The notes beneath the pieces were generated by a model. That model was not told the origin of the DNA. It made no database searches and saw only the letters and a list, made by a program, of their open reading frames with translations. From Bacillota bacterium (GTDB lineage Bacteria > Sysuimicrobiota > Sysuimicrobiia > Sysuimicrobiales > Segetimicrobiaceae): a stretch of DNA of 64,000 nt. This document shows positions 47,077-57,835 of the stretch, in pieces. Position 1 is the stretch's first letter. Each line of letters begins with the position of its first letter. The translations under genes were made by a program, and so were the position numbers. The stretch covers positions 24,902 through 88,901 of the forward strand of contig JAJPJJ010000088.1 of NCBI GenBank assembly GCA_021324295.1. Direction: 5' to 3'.

Positions 47077-47984
47077 TGGACGTCCGTTCGCTGGTCTCGG
47101 GAGAGACCGAGGGGGACGCCGGCGCGCGGGCCCTGCGCGCGAGCACCGGCGCCCGCCGCCGCTCGGCGCTCGCCGTCCGCCGCGCCCGGTGGCACCTGGC
47201 CGGCATTGTCGCGCTGCTTGCCTGGACGCTGCCGCCGTTTCTCTACCTCGTCATGCTGTCGATCAAGCCGGAGCGGATCCTGATCGACCGGTCGGCGCTG
47301 TTCTTCGTGCCGACGTTCGAGCGGTACCGCGACTTCGTCGCCAGCGGGCTGGCGGCGCCGATCTGGACCAGCCTCGTGACGTCCACGCTCGGGGGGCTCG
47401 GCACCGTCGTGCTGGCCGGCCTCGCCGCGATGACGTTCCGCTTTCTCGACTTCAAGGCGAAGACGGTCCTGTTTCTGCTGATTCTCCTGCCCCGGATGTT
47501 CCCGCCGGTGACGACCCTGATCCCGATCCAGCTGACGCTCAAGGCGCTGGGGCTCATCGACACCAAGACGGCGCTCGTCATCCTGTTCATCGGATTTGAG
47601 ATTCCGCTGGCGACGTGGATTCTGCACACCTTCTTCGCCGACGTGCCCCGCGAGCTCGCCGAGAGCGCGGCGCTCGACGGCGCCTCGCTGCCCGCGATCG
47701 TCACGAAGATCCTGCTGCCCCTCGCCGGCCCGGGACTGCTGGCCGCCTTCATCCTGAGCTTCATCTTCAACTGGAACGAGTTTCTCTTTCCGCTCATCGT
47801 CACGAGCTTCAACGCCCGCACCGGCTCGGTGGCCATCATGAGCTTCACCGCCGGCTACAAGAAACTGCAGTGGGGCGCGCTCGCCACGCTCGGGGTCATC
47901 ATGACGATTCCGGTAGTGCTGTTCGTGCTGGCGTTCCGGCAGTCGCTGGTCCGGGGCTTCACCGCCGGCGCGCTGAAAGGCTGA
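47076..47984 (+). CDS. Carbohydrate ABC transporter permease (MalG-type).
   Basis: ATG overlaps the upstream TAA (TAATG). Contains ESAALDGASLPAIVTKILLP. Confidence 0.8.
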   Translation: MDVRSLVSGETEGDAGARALRASTGARRRSALAVRRARWHLAGIVALLAWTLPPFLYLVMLSIKPERILIDRSALFFVPTFERYRDFVASGLAAPIWTSLVTSTLGGLGTVVLAGLAAMTFRFLDFKAKTVLFLLILLPRMFPPVTTLIPIQLTLKALGLIDTKTALVILFIGFEIPLATWILHTFFADVPRELAESAALDGASLPAIVTKILLPLAGPGLLAAFILSFIFNWNEFLFPLIVTSFNARTGSVAIMSFTAGYKKLQWGALATLGVIMTIPVVLFVLAFRQSLVRGFTAGALKG

Positions 47985-48008
47985 TACGTCGACAAACCGG
48001 AGGGACAC

Positions 48009-49580
48009 ATGACTGGAACACCGGAACGGAACGGCGGCCTGACCCGCCGCCGGCTTTTCCGGCTCGCCGCGGGCGCCGCGGCGGCCGGCGCTGCGCTGCC
48101 GGCCGCGGGACCGTTCGGCGAATGGGCGCTCGCCGCGGCGGCGAAGCGCGGCGGCACGCTCACGGTCGGCGTCAACACGGACCTGGTCTCGCTGGACCCC
48201 AACGACATCGTCTTCGCGAACGTGCCGATGTTCTTCCAGGTGTACAACTATCTCGTCAAGTACAGCACCACGCTGCAGCCGCGGCCCGACCTCGCGGAGT
48301 TCTGGGATCTGGCCAAGGACGGCATGAGCGTCGTGTTCCGGCTGCAGGACGGCGTCCGGACGCATTCCGGCGGAACCTTCGGCGCGGACGCACTGATCGC
48401 GAACTTCCACCGGACCAAGGCCAAGGCGACCGGCGGCGGCCTCTACAGTCGCCTCGGCGACTGGGAGGCGGCCGAGCGGGTGGACGCGCGGACCGTGCGG
48501 TTCCGGTTCTCCCATCCCCACCCCGACTACCTGGCGCAGATCGCCCGGTGGGGGATGGTCGATCCGGCGGCCTTCGCGACTGTCAAGCAGAAAGGCGGCG
48601 GGACCGGACCGTTCCGCGTCCAGGAGTGGGTGCCGGGCGACCGCGTGACGTTCGTCCGGTTCGACGGCTACTGGCAGAAGGGGCTGCCGCTGCTCGACCG
48701 CGTGGTCTGCCGCGTCTTCTCCGATCCGCAGGCGCTCGAGAACGCGTTCCAGGCCGGCACGATCGACATCGCGCACACGATCGTCAACAAGGACGTGGCG
48801 CGCCTCCGGCAGGCCGGCTTCCACGTCGAGCCGGCGCCCGTGCCGAACGAGTACTACGTCCTCACGCTCAACACCCGGCGGCCCCCGCTCGACAACATCA
48901 AGGTCCGCCAGGCGATCCAGCTGCTCGTCGACCGCGCCACGGTGTCGCGGACGGTGCTCGGCGGCGTCGCCCGGCCCATCGCGCAGATGGTGACGCCCGC
49001 CTCGCCGGGATACGATCCGCAGATTGAGACCGAGTACGCGTACAACCCCGCGAAGGCGAAGCAGCTGCTCGCCTCGGCCGGCGCCGGGCGCGGCGGACGC
49101 CTGAACTTTCTCACGTCCACGAGCACGCCGGAGCTCCCGCAGATCGCCCAGATCATCCAGGCCGACCTGCAGAAGGCGGGCCTCGACGTCGGCATCACGA
49201 TCCACGAGCCGGCCCAGTACTTCCCGGCGTACTTTGCGGGCAACTTCGACCTGAACCTCTCGTTCCTCACGCTGGCGACGATCGATCCCACGGATTTCAC
49301 GATCAGCTCGGCGTTCAGGACCGACGGAACGAACCCGTCGTGGCTCCAGACGGGGCCGCCGCCCGGGTACATCCAGGGGCTGCAGAACCTCAACGCCACG
49401 TTCAACATGCGGGAACGCTGGACGCGCCTGCGCAGCGTGATCCGGTACATCCTCGAACAGGCGTGGGCCGTGCCGGTCGCGCTGCACCTCCCGACGTACG
49501 GCCTCGGCAAGGCCGTCGAGGGGTTCGAGGTCGACCCGCAGATGCTGCTCCAACTGAGGGGGACCTGGTTGAATCGCTGA
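48009..49580 (+). CDS. ABC transporter substrate-binding protein, family 5 (Dpp/Opp-like), with a TAT signal.
   Basis: Leader RRRLFRLAAGAAAAGAALPAAG. SBP_bac_5-like length and motifs. Confidence 0.8.
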   Translation: MTGTPERNGGLTRRRLFRLAAGAAAAGAALPAAGPFGEWALAAAAKRGGTLTVGVNTDLVSLDPNDIVFANVPMFFQVYNYLVKYSTTLQPRPDLAEFWDLAKDGMSVVFRLQDGVRTHSGGTFGADALIANFHRTKAKATGGGLYSRLGDWEAAERVDARTVRFRFSHPHPDYLAQIARWGMVDPAAFATVKQKGGGTGPFRVQEWVPGDRVTFVRFDGYWQKGLPLLDRVVCRVFSDPQALENAFQAGTIDIAHTIVNKDVARLRQAGFHVEPAPVPNEYYVLTLNTRRPPLDNIKVRQAIQLLVDRATVSRTVLGGVARPIAQMVTPASPGYDPQIETEYAYNPAKAKQLLASAGAGRGGRLNFLTSTSTPELPQIAQIIQADLQKAGLDVGITIHEPAQYFPAYFAGNFDLNLSFLTLATIDPTDFTISSAFRTDGTNPSWLQTGPPPGYIQGLQNLNATFNMRERWTRLRSVIRYILEQAWAVPVALHLPTYGLGKAVEGFEVDPQMLLQLRGTWLNR

Positions 49581-49603
49581 CCCGCCGGAGGCGGTCCAGA
49601 CCG

Positions 49604-50395
49604 ATGGAACTCAGATACGAACTGATGCGGCCCCAGGAGATCGTCGCGGCGCGGACGCGCACGCCGATCGCGTACGTGCCGATCGGGCCGATGGAATGGC
49701 ACGGCCCCCACATGGCCGTCGGCATGGACATGCTGCACGCCCACACCATGGCGCTCGAGGCGGCGCGCAAGGCCGGCGGCGTCGTCCTGCCGCCCCTGCC
49801 CCTCGGCACGGAAACCTACACCGACGCCGAGCGCCTGCGCCACCGCGGGTTCGAGGGCAGCGAGCGGATCTACGGCATGGACTACCCGGGCTTCGCGCTG
49901 CCGAGCCTGTACATCGAGGAAAGCGCGTTCGCGATCATCGTGCGGGAGATCGTCCGCGGCCTGAAGCGTCAGGCCTTCAGGGTCATCGCGCTCGTGAACG
50001 GCCACGGCGCGCTCAACCACCGCAACACGCTCATGCGGGTCGCGACCGAGACGACCGAGCCGGGACGCGTGACCGTGCTGCTCGCGGGCTACCTCTACGA
50101 TGGACGGTACCGCGAGCACGCCGCGATCGGCGAGACGTCGTACCTGCTCGCTTATCATCCCGAGGCCGTCGACCTCTCGGCGCTGCCCCCGCTGCCGAAG
50201 CCGCTCGGGTACCGGGACTTCGGGGTCCTCGACCGCCAGACCGTCGTCGGGGAACCGACGCCGGATTTCACCGTCGCCCCGGAGCACGACCCGCGGCGGG
50301 CCACCCCGGAACGCGGCCGGGACGACGTGGCGTACGAGTCGGACCGGATCGCCCGGAGGGTCGCCGAGGCGCTTGCCGCGCTCCAGCCGGCGTGA
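49604..50395 (+). CDS. Creatininase-family amidohydrolase.
   Basis: Contains IGPMEWHGPHMAVGMD and LVNGHG, characteristic of the creatinine amidohydrolase family. Confidence 0.75.
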   Translation: MELRYELMRPQEIVAARTRTPIAYVPIGPMEWHGPHMAVGMDMLHAHTMALEAARKAGGVVLPPLPLGTETYTDAERLRHRGFEGSERIYGMDYPGFALPSLYIEESAFAIIVREIVRGLKRQAFRVIALVNGHGALNHRNTLMRVATETTEPGRVTVLLAGYLYDGRYREHAAIGETSYLLAYHPEAVDLSALPPLPKPLGYRDFGVLDRQTVVGEPTPDFTVAPEHDPRRATPERGRDDVAYESDRIARRVAEALAALQPA

Positions 50396-50401
50396 GCGAC
50401 G

Positions 50402-51361
50402 ATGGCCGGCGGCGGGCTCGGACGTTACCTGGCGCGGCGCGGCGTCGAGGCCGCCCTCACCCTGTTCCTGGCGTCCGTGCTGGTCTTCGCCATGGTGGCC
50501 GCGCTGCCGGGCGACCCGGCACAGGTGATCCTCGGAGACCGCGGTACGCCGGACCAGCTGCACGCCCTGCGCGCGTATCTCGGCCTCGATCAGCCGCTCC
50601 CGGTTCAATACGGACGGTGGATCGCGCGCACGCTGCGCGGAGACCTGGGGCATTCGCTCATCAACGGCGCGCCGGTGTCCGAGACCGTCGGACGCGCGCT
50701 GCCGCTCACGCTGCAGCTCTCGTTGTGGGCCTTCGCCGTGGTCGTCCTGATCGCGTTCCCCGCCGGCGTCTTCGCCGCCACGCGGGCGAGGTCGCGGCTC
50801 GCCGCGGCCCTGCGCTGGTATCACGGCTGGGCGCTGGCCGTCCCGGTCTTCTGGCTCGGCGTGCTGCTGTCGTGGTATTTCGGCGTCGTGCTGCGGTGGC
50901 TGCCGCCCTCGGGATTCGTCTCGCTCGGCGAGAGCCCGGCCGGATGGGCCCGCAGCCTCGTCCTGCCCGGCATCACGCTCGGCCTCGGCGTGGGCTCCGT
51001 CATGGCGCGCTTCGTCGAAGGCTCCCTCGCGGACGTGCTCTCGAACGACTTCGTGCGCACCGCCCGCGCGAAGGGACTTCCGAACCGCGCGGTCGTGTGG
51101 CGGCATGCGCTCGGCAACGCGCTCATTCCCATCGTCACGGTGCTGGGCATTCAGGCCGGGTTCTTCATCGGGGGCGCCGTGATCACCGAGGCGGTCTTCG
51201 CCATTCCGGGCCTCGGGAGCATGCTGTGGCGCTCGATCCTGACGCGCGACTACCTCGTGACGCAGTCCGTGATCCTGATCGGCATCGCGGCGTTCGTCGT
51301 GATCAACCTCTGTACCGACGCCCTGTACGGCCTGCTCGATCCCAGGATCAGATATCAATGA
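50402..51361 (+). CDS. ABC transporter permease (DppB/OppB-type).
   Basis: BPD_transp_1 core with the typical N-terminal RYLARR...TLFL segment. Confidence 0.8.
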   Translation: MAGGGLGRYLARRGVEAALTLFLASVLVFAMVAALPGDPAQVILGDRGTPDQLHALRAYLGLDQPLPVQYGRWIARTLRGDLGHSLINGAPVSETVGRALPLTLQLSLWAFAVVVLIAFPAGVFAATRARSRLAAALRWYHGWALAVPVFWLGVLLSWYFGVVLRWLPPSGFVSLGESPAGWARSLVLPGITLGLGVGSVMARFVEGSLADVLSNDFVRTARAKGLPNRAVVWRHALGNALIPIVTVLGIQAGFFIGGAVITEAVFAIPGLGSMLWRSILTRDYLVTQSVILIGIAAFVVINLCTDALYGLLDPRIRYQ

Positions 51362-51383
51362 GGCGCGCCGGAGAGCCCGCGGG

Positions 51384-52259
51384 GTGGTGATGGCCCTCTC
51401 GTCGAGGACGCTTGCGTCCCATGCCGCGCCCCGCCGCGAGCGGCGCCGCAGCGGGCGGACAGCCGCGGCCGACCCCGGCATCGCCTTCCTTGTCGTGGTG
51501 GCGGCCGCCGCCGTCGCGGCGCCGCTGCTGACACGCTACGGGCCCACGGACATGAGCAAGAACGCCGTGCTGGCATTCCCCTCGTGGAGCCACCTGATGG
51601 GAACGGACCAGTTCGGGCGCGACATCCTCAGCCGCCTGCTGTACGGGGCCCGGACGGCGCTGGCGGTCGGCGTGGGGGCGACGGCGATCGCCGCGGTGTG
51701 CGGCGTGCCGCTCGGCCTCTGGACCGGATTCAAGGGCGGGACGGTGGACGCGATCGCGATGCGGGGGGTGGACACCCTCATGGCCATCCCGGCGGTGCTG
51801 CTCGCGATGGCGCTCGTGGCGGTGGCCGGTCCGGGGTCGCTGAACGTCGCCGTGGCGGTGGCGGTCGTCGGTCTGCCGCAGTTCGCGCGGATCGCCCGCG
51901 CCGGCGTGCTGGCCCACCGGCGGATGGAGTACGTGGAGGCGTCGGTCGCGGCGGGGGCGCACGACGTGCGCATCGTCTTTCGCACGATCCTGCCGAACGT
52001 GCTGTCCCCGGTGCTGATCCAGATCCCCATCGGCGTCTCCCGCGCCATCCTGCTCGAGGCCAGCCTGAGCTTCCTGGGGCTGGGCACGCAGCCCCCGCAG
52101 CCGTCGTGGGGCCTGATGATCAGCGAGAGTCGCGAGTACATGTACGCGGCGCCGTGGTACGGGATCTTTCCGGGCGCCGCGATCGCGCTGACCGTGCTCG
52201 CGCTAAACCACGTCGCCGACCGGGTAAGGAGCCAATGGCGGACCGACCCGGCGCGGTAG
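51384..52259 (+). CDS. ABC transporter permease (DppC/OppC-type).
   Basis: Contains NAVLAFPSWSHLMGTDQFGRDILSRLLYGART, the DppC N-terminal signature. Confidence 0.8.
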   Translation: MVMALSSRTLASHAAPRRERRRSGRTAAADPGIAFLVVVAAAAVAAPLLTRYGPTDMSKNAVLAFPSWSHLMGTDQFGRDILSRLLYGARTALAVGVGATAIAAVCGVPLGLWTGFKGGTVDAIAMRGVDTLMAIPAVLLAMALVAVAGPGSLNVAVAVAVVGLPQFARIARAGVLAHRRMEYVEASVAAGAHDVRIVFRTILPNVLSPVLIQIPIGVSRAILLEASLSFLGLGTQPPQPSWGLMISESREYMYAAPWYGIFPGAAIALTVLALNHVADRVRSQWRTDPAR

Positions 52260-52302
52260 CGCGGCCCCCGGCCGGGGTGCCGGAGACGCGAGGTGATGCC
52301 GA

Positions 52303-53697
52303 ATGAGGTTTTTCGGGCACGCCGACGTGATCGTCGTCGGCGGCGGGACGGCCGGAATCGTGGCGGCGATCGCGAGCGCCCGAACCGGGACGCCGACGCT
52401 GCTCGTGGAGCAGTCGAGCGGCCTCGGGGGAACGAGCACGCGCGGCCTCATGAACTGCTTCGTCACCTTCCACGACGCCGGAGGCCGGCAGGCCGTGCGC
52501 GGCATTGCGCAGGAGATCGTGGACCGGCTGGTGCAGGCGAAGGGCTCGGCGGGACACACCGCGGATACCATGGGCGAGTGTGTGACCCGCGTCCTGTTCG
52601 ACCCATTCGTGCTCGGGAACGTGCTGTTTGAAATGGCGGGCGAGGCGGGCGTCGAGCTCCTGCTCCACACCGCCGTGGCCGACGTGCTGATGGAGGCCGA
52701 CCGTCTCACCGGGCTGGTCCTGTACAACAAGGGCGGGTTGCAGGTCGCGACGTGCCGCGTGTGCATCGATGCCAGCGGCGACGGCGACGTGGCGGCGGCG
52801 GCCGGAGCGCCCTTCGAGCAGGCGGCGCGGGGAGAACTGCAGCCCATCACGCTGATGTACCGGCTCGGCGGCGTCGACATCGACCGGTGGGCGGACTTCG
52901 TCCGCGAACGACCGCGGGCGTTCGAGATGACGCGCGTGCCGGAGGATCCCCGCGCGGAGGGGCTCGGGATCATGAGCCTGACGTATTATCAGCCGTTCCG
53001 GGATGCGGTGCGGGCCGGCGAGTTGCCCCGCGGGATATCCGGCGAGCAGGTGTGGCTGCTGTGCGGACGCGAGGAGGCGCGCCAGGGCGTGGTGACCGTC
53101 AACGGGACGCGGGTGGAAGGCCTGGACGGCACGAATCCACGGGAACTGACCCGCGCGGAGGCCGAGGCGCGGCGCCAGGCCGCGGGGCTCACGGCGTGGC
53201 TGCGGCGCCACGTCCCCGGGTTCGAGCAATGCTATATCTATCAGACCGCGCAGCAGCTCGGCGTCCGGGAGACGCGGCGCATCCTTGGAGACTACGTCCT
53301 GACCGAAGACGACGTCTTGACGGCGCGCGCGTTCGATGACGCGATCGCCAAGGGGGCCACCCCGATCGACATCCACGGCGGCGCCGACGCCGGGGGCGAG
53401 AACTACTGGATCAAAACCGCGGATTCGGGCATTTTGGCGTACGATATCCCCTACCGCTGCCTCGTGCCGCGGAAGGTCGAACACCTGCTCGTCGCGGGGC
53501 GGTGCATCTCGACGACCCACAGGGCGCACGGCGCGACCAGGATGCAGCCGGTATGCATGGCCACGGGCCAGGCGGCGGGCACCGCGGCGGCGCTCGCGGC
53601 CGCGCGCGCGGTGGCGCCGCGCGACCTCGACGTGCAGCTGTTGCAGAAGACGCTGATCCAGGCCGGCCAGGTGATTCGCGAGGAGCAGATGGCATGA
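52303..53697 (+). CDS. FAD-dependent oxidoreductase, paralog 3.
   Basis: Contains DVIVVGGGTAGIVAAIA, DASGDGDVA and GVRETRRILGDY. Confidence 0.75.
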   Translation: MRFFGHADVIVVGGGTAGIVAAIASARTGTPTLLVEQSSGLGGTSTRGLMNCFVTFHDAGGRQAVRGIAQEIVDRLVQAKGSAGHTADTMGECVTRVLFDPFVLGNVLFEMAGEAGVELLLHTAVADVLMEADRLTGLVLYNKGGLQVATCRVCIDASGDGDVAAAAGAPFEQAARGELQPITLMYRLGGVDIDRWADFVRERPRAFEMTRVPEDPRAEGLGIMSLTYYQPFRDAVRAGELPRGISGEQVWLLCGREEARQGVVTVNGTRVEGLDGTNPRELTRAEAEARRQAAGLTAWLRRHVPGFEQCYIYQTAQQLGVRETRRILGDYVLTEDDVLTARAFDDAIAKGATPIDIHGGADAGGENYWIKTADSGILAYDIPYRCLVPRKVEHLLVAGRCISTTHRAHGATRMQPVCMATGQAAGTAAALAAARAVAPRDLDVQLLQKTLIQAGQVIREEQMA

Positions 53698-53720
53698 CCG
53701 ACCGGCGGCGGAAGAGGTAG

Positions 53721-55060
53721 GTGCGAATGGACGCGCAAAGGCTGCGGGTGGCGCACTACATCAACCAGTTCTTTGCGGGGATCGGCAGCGAGGAGCGCGC
53801 GGATACGCCGCCCGCCGTCAAGGACGGTCCGGTCGGTCCCGGGCGGGCGATGCAGGCGGCCCTCGGCCCGCACGGCGCCGTGGTCTCCACCATGGTGTGC
53901 GGCGACAGCTATTTCAACGAACAGATCGACTCGCCGCCGAAGCGGTGCGCGCGTGGCTCGGCGCGCAGCGGCCCGACGTGGTGATCGCCGGGCCGGCGTT
54001 CGCCGCGGGCCGGTACGGGCGCGCGTGCGTCGAAGTGTGCCGCATCGCGGCGGACCTCGGGATCCCGGTCGTGACCGGCATGCATCCCGAGAACCCGGGC
54101 CTGCTGATGTACCGGGCGGCGTACGTCGTGCCGACGGCCGGCAACGCCGCCGGCATGAGTGCGGCGCTCGGCGCGATCGTCCCGCTCGCCCGAAAGCTCG
54201 GCGCGCGGCTCCCCGTCGGCCCCGCGGAAGAAGATGGCTATCTGCCGCGCGGCATCCGGCGGCCCGGGACGCGGGCGCGGCCCGGGGCCCGGCGGGCCGT
54301 CGACATGCTCGTCGCCAAGCTCGGCGGACGGCCGTTTCGAACCGAGCTGCCGGTCGAGGGCTACGAGGCCGTCGCGCCCGCGCCACCGGTCGCGGACCTG
54401 CTGCACGCGACGATCGCGGTGGTGACGACCGGCGCGATCGTGCCGAAGGGCAATCCGGACCACCTCAAGCGGTGCAGCGAGACGCGGTGGCGGCGCTACG
54501 AGCTCGCGGGCCGCCGGCGCCTCACGCCGGACGAGTTCGAGTGCGTCCACGGCGGCTTCTACAACGTCCCGGCGTCGGAGAACCCCAACGTTGTGCTGCC
54601 GCTCGACGCGCTGCGCGAGCTCGAGGACCGCGGCGCCTTCGCGCGGCTGGCCGACTTCTACTGCACCACCACCGGCAACGATCAGCGGTTCGCGGACTGC
54701 GTGCGCAACGGCAAGGAGATCGCCGAGCTGCTCTGGCAGGAGCGCATCGACGGCGTGCTGCTGGTCGCCCCCTGAGGGTCGTGCAATCGTTGCGGCGCAA
54801 CGATCAGCAAAGAGATCGAGCGGCGGCGGATCCCGGTCGCCGTGATCAGCGCGCTGCCGCCGCTCGCGATGCAGGCCGGCGCGAACCGCGTCGTCCAGGG
54901 CGTCAAGATCGAGCACGTCTGCGGCGATCCCGCGCTGCCGGCCGAGGAGGACGGCGCGGTGCGCCGGCGGCTGGTGGAGCGCGGGCTGCGGGCGCTTGCG
55001 ACCGCGGTGGAGCGTCCCACGCTGTTCGAAGACGACGGCGCGGTGGTGACGGCGCGATGA
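53721..55060 (+). pseudogene. Second GrdB-family selenoprotein gene. It has an in-frame UGA at 54773-54775 plus SECIS, and an apparent -1 frameshift near 53931.
   Basis: Frame A (53721..) reads ...VCGDSYFNEQID. Frame B (53897..) continues AAEAVRAWLGAQRPDVVIAG... Both are colinear with the intact minus copy. After LLVAP-UGA, the sequence GSCNRCGATISKEIE... is followed by the identical hairpin ATCGTTGCGGCGCAACGAT at 54786-54804. Confidence 0.6.
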
Positions 55061-56363
55061 CGGCCTCGATGAATCTGACCGTGGGAACGTTCCCCGTCCG
55101 CGAGGTGGCCTTCGGCGCCCCGGCGGGATGGAAGGACGGGCGGCTCGTCGTCGACGCGGACCGCGTGGCGGCGCTCGTACGGGAAGACCGCCGGATCCGC
55201 CGCGTCGCCGTGGACCTGGTCCGGCCGGGCGAGGCGGCGCGGATCGTGCAGGCGCGCGACGTGATCGAACCGCGCGTCAAGGTCGACGGCCCCGGACACA
55301 CCTACCCGGGCATCTGCGGCCACGCCCCGGACACCGTCGGCGACGGCGTGACACACCGCTACGCCGGCTTCGGCGTGCTGATCGCGTCCGAGGCGCTGCC
55401 GCACATCCGGCGCACCGTCAGCGCGGCCACGGACAGCCTCATCGACATGTCGGGGCCGGGCGCCGTGACCGTGTACAGCACGCTGCGGTACGTCGTGCTG
55501 ACGATCGAGACCTGCCGGATCTCGACCTGACGTCGTGGAACGACGCGCTGCGCGGGGCCGGCCACCGCGTCGCGGCCGACCTCGCGGAGCTCGTGCGCGG
55601 GCAGACGCCGCCGGACCGGCGTGCGTACCGGCTGGCGCCGCCCGCCGCCGGGCGTCCGCGGGTCGTGCACGTGCACACGCTCAACGCCTCGATGGTCCCG
55701 GGGATCGGGACCGGCATCTACGGGTATACGCAGCACGCCCTGCCGGTGCTGCTGCACCCGAACGAGATCCTCGGGCGACGCCGTCGTCACGTACCCCGGC
55801 AAGTGCACGTGGCTGCACGTGAACAACCCGGTGCTCGACGCGCTGTACGAACGCGACGGGACGGACGTCGTCTGGCTCGGCTCGATCATCTCGCGCACGC
55901 GGTGGGCGGGCTCGACGAGAAGCGGCTGAGCGCGTACCAGACCGCCAAACTGGCCGCGATGCTCGGCGCCGACGGCGCGCTCGTCACCTGGAACCACGGC
56001 GGCAACGACCTCCTCGAGGTGATGATGACGATTCAAAGCCTCGAGCGCGCGGGCATCAAGACGACGTTCCTCACCATCGAATCGGACATCAAGGTGGTCC
56101 GGATGACGCCCGCGCTCGCGGAGACGAGTACCACGGAGCCGTCGCTGCTGTTCAGCGTGCCGGAGGCCGACGCGATCGTCAGCACGGGCACCCTCGCGCC
56201 GGCCGATCCGCTGCCGGCGATGCCGCGGGTCATCGGCGGCCGCGAGGTCGTCTTCAACCAGGAGCGCCCGGACGTGCGCACGCCGGCGGCCGGTCCGCTG
56301 GACCTCGAGGCGGTGTCCGGCGCGTACTCACCGATCTTCGACACTTCGACAACTACGGCTTGA
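55057..56363 (+). pseudogene. Second GrdE-like gene, with at least three frame changes relative to the minus copy.
   Basis: Segments MTASMNLTVGTFPV...LTIET, then DLDLTSWNDALRGAGH..., then GDAVVTYPGKCTWLHVNNPV (ORF 55621..55929), then RLSAYQTAKLAAMLGADGALVTWNHGGNDL... lie in different frames. The first shift falls at a CC/CCC run near 55515. Confidence 0.55.
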
Positions 56364-56378
56364 GGTGTCAGAGCTACC

Positions 56379-57835
56379 TTGACTACTGAGCGCGCGAGAT
56401 CAGTCCCGAGCGGCATCCGGCCCGTCATCCGCGCGGCGCGGTTCGCGATCGCCCACGCGCCGGGCCTGATTCCGTCCGGCTCCAAGCCGCGGCGGGAGCT
56501 CGCAGCACGCGGCGCGGCCGAGCGCGAGGCGCTGCTCACGCACCTGCGGTCCTTCGAGGACGCCGTGCGGTATCCGCCGCACCAGGTGATGCTCGGAACG
56601 CTCCCGCCCGAGGCGCTGCGCGGGATTCCACGGCCCTGGCACGACCGGCCGGTGGACGGGGCGCGCGCGGAGGGGCCCGGCGGTCGCATGCTCGACGAGA
56701 TGGAGTTCTATGCCTGGCTGGCGCGGGCGGATACGGCGAGCCTGCTCTACGTCACCCCGGAGTTCGCGCGGACGCTCGACACTTCGGCGCGCCCGAGCGT
56801 CTCCAGACGATGGCCGCCGCCGACCTGGCCCGCGCCGTCGAACGCGGCGCGGAGCCGCTGCGCCGCGCGCCGAACGAGACGGTCGGCGCCGTCGTCCCCG
56901 CGCACGAGCAGGACGAGTCCCTCGCGGCGCCCGTGCTGCTGGAGAACCTCGCCGCCAAGGTCACAGGCGGCCTCGCCCTGCGGACGCTCCTCGAGGCCGT
57001 TCCCGCCGCCGATGCGCCAATCGACTACCTGATCGGATGCGGCGAGGAGGCCGTGGGCGACCGGTATCAGCGCGGCGGCGGCAACCTCGCGAAAGCCATG
57101 GGAGAACTCGCCGGCGTCCGAACCGCCGGGGCGTCGGATGTCAAGTCGTTCTGCGCGAGCCCGCTGCACGCGCTCCTGGTGGCCGGGGCCTTGATCGCCG
57201 GCGGTGTGTACCGGCGCGTGGTCGTGGTCGCGGGCGGGTCGCTCGCGAAGCTGGGCATGAAGTACCGCGGGCACCTGGCCGCCGGCTATCCGGTGCTGGA
57301 AGACGTTATTGTCGGCGCCGCGATCGACGTCGTGCCGGACGACGGACGCAGTCCCGTCCTCCGCCTCGACGCCGCCGCGGTGCACCGGGTCGGCGACGGC
57401 GCGGCCCCCCACCAGATGGCCCAGGTGCTGTCCGCGGCGCCGCTGCGGGCCGCCGGCCTGCGGCTGTCCGACGTGGACCGGTACGCCGTCGAACTGCATA
57501 ACCCGGACATCACCGAGCCCGCGGGATCCGGCGACGTGCCGTACCGCAACTACCAGATGATCGCCGCGCTGGCCGCGCACGCCGGGGAGATCGAGCGTTC
57601 GGCGATGGACCGCTTCGTCGAGGCGCACGGGATGCCGGGGTTCTCGCCGACGCAGGGGCACATCGCGTCGGCCGTGGCGTATTTGCCGCACGCCATCGCC
57701 GGCCTCACGGAAGGCCGGCTGCAACGGGTGCAGCTCGTGGCCAAGGGCACATGGCGGACGGCGCCAGCCTGCTGCTCGAACGAAACGGGGTGCCGCCGGC
57801 CGGAGGGAGGCCCGCATGATCGATCTGCACGATAA
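56379..57835 (+). pseudogene. Second GrdC-like gene, with a frameshift near 56800 and a disrupted 3-prime end.
   Basis: 56379 frame (...FYAWLARADTASLLYVTPEFARTLD) then 56810 frame (...VPAHEQDESLAAPVLLENLAAK...FCASPLHALLVAGALIAGGVYRRVVVVAGGSLAKLG...) match the minus copy. The C-terminus diverges into the IS remnant. Confidence 0.5.
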
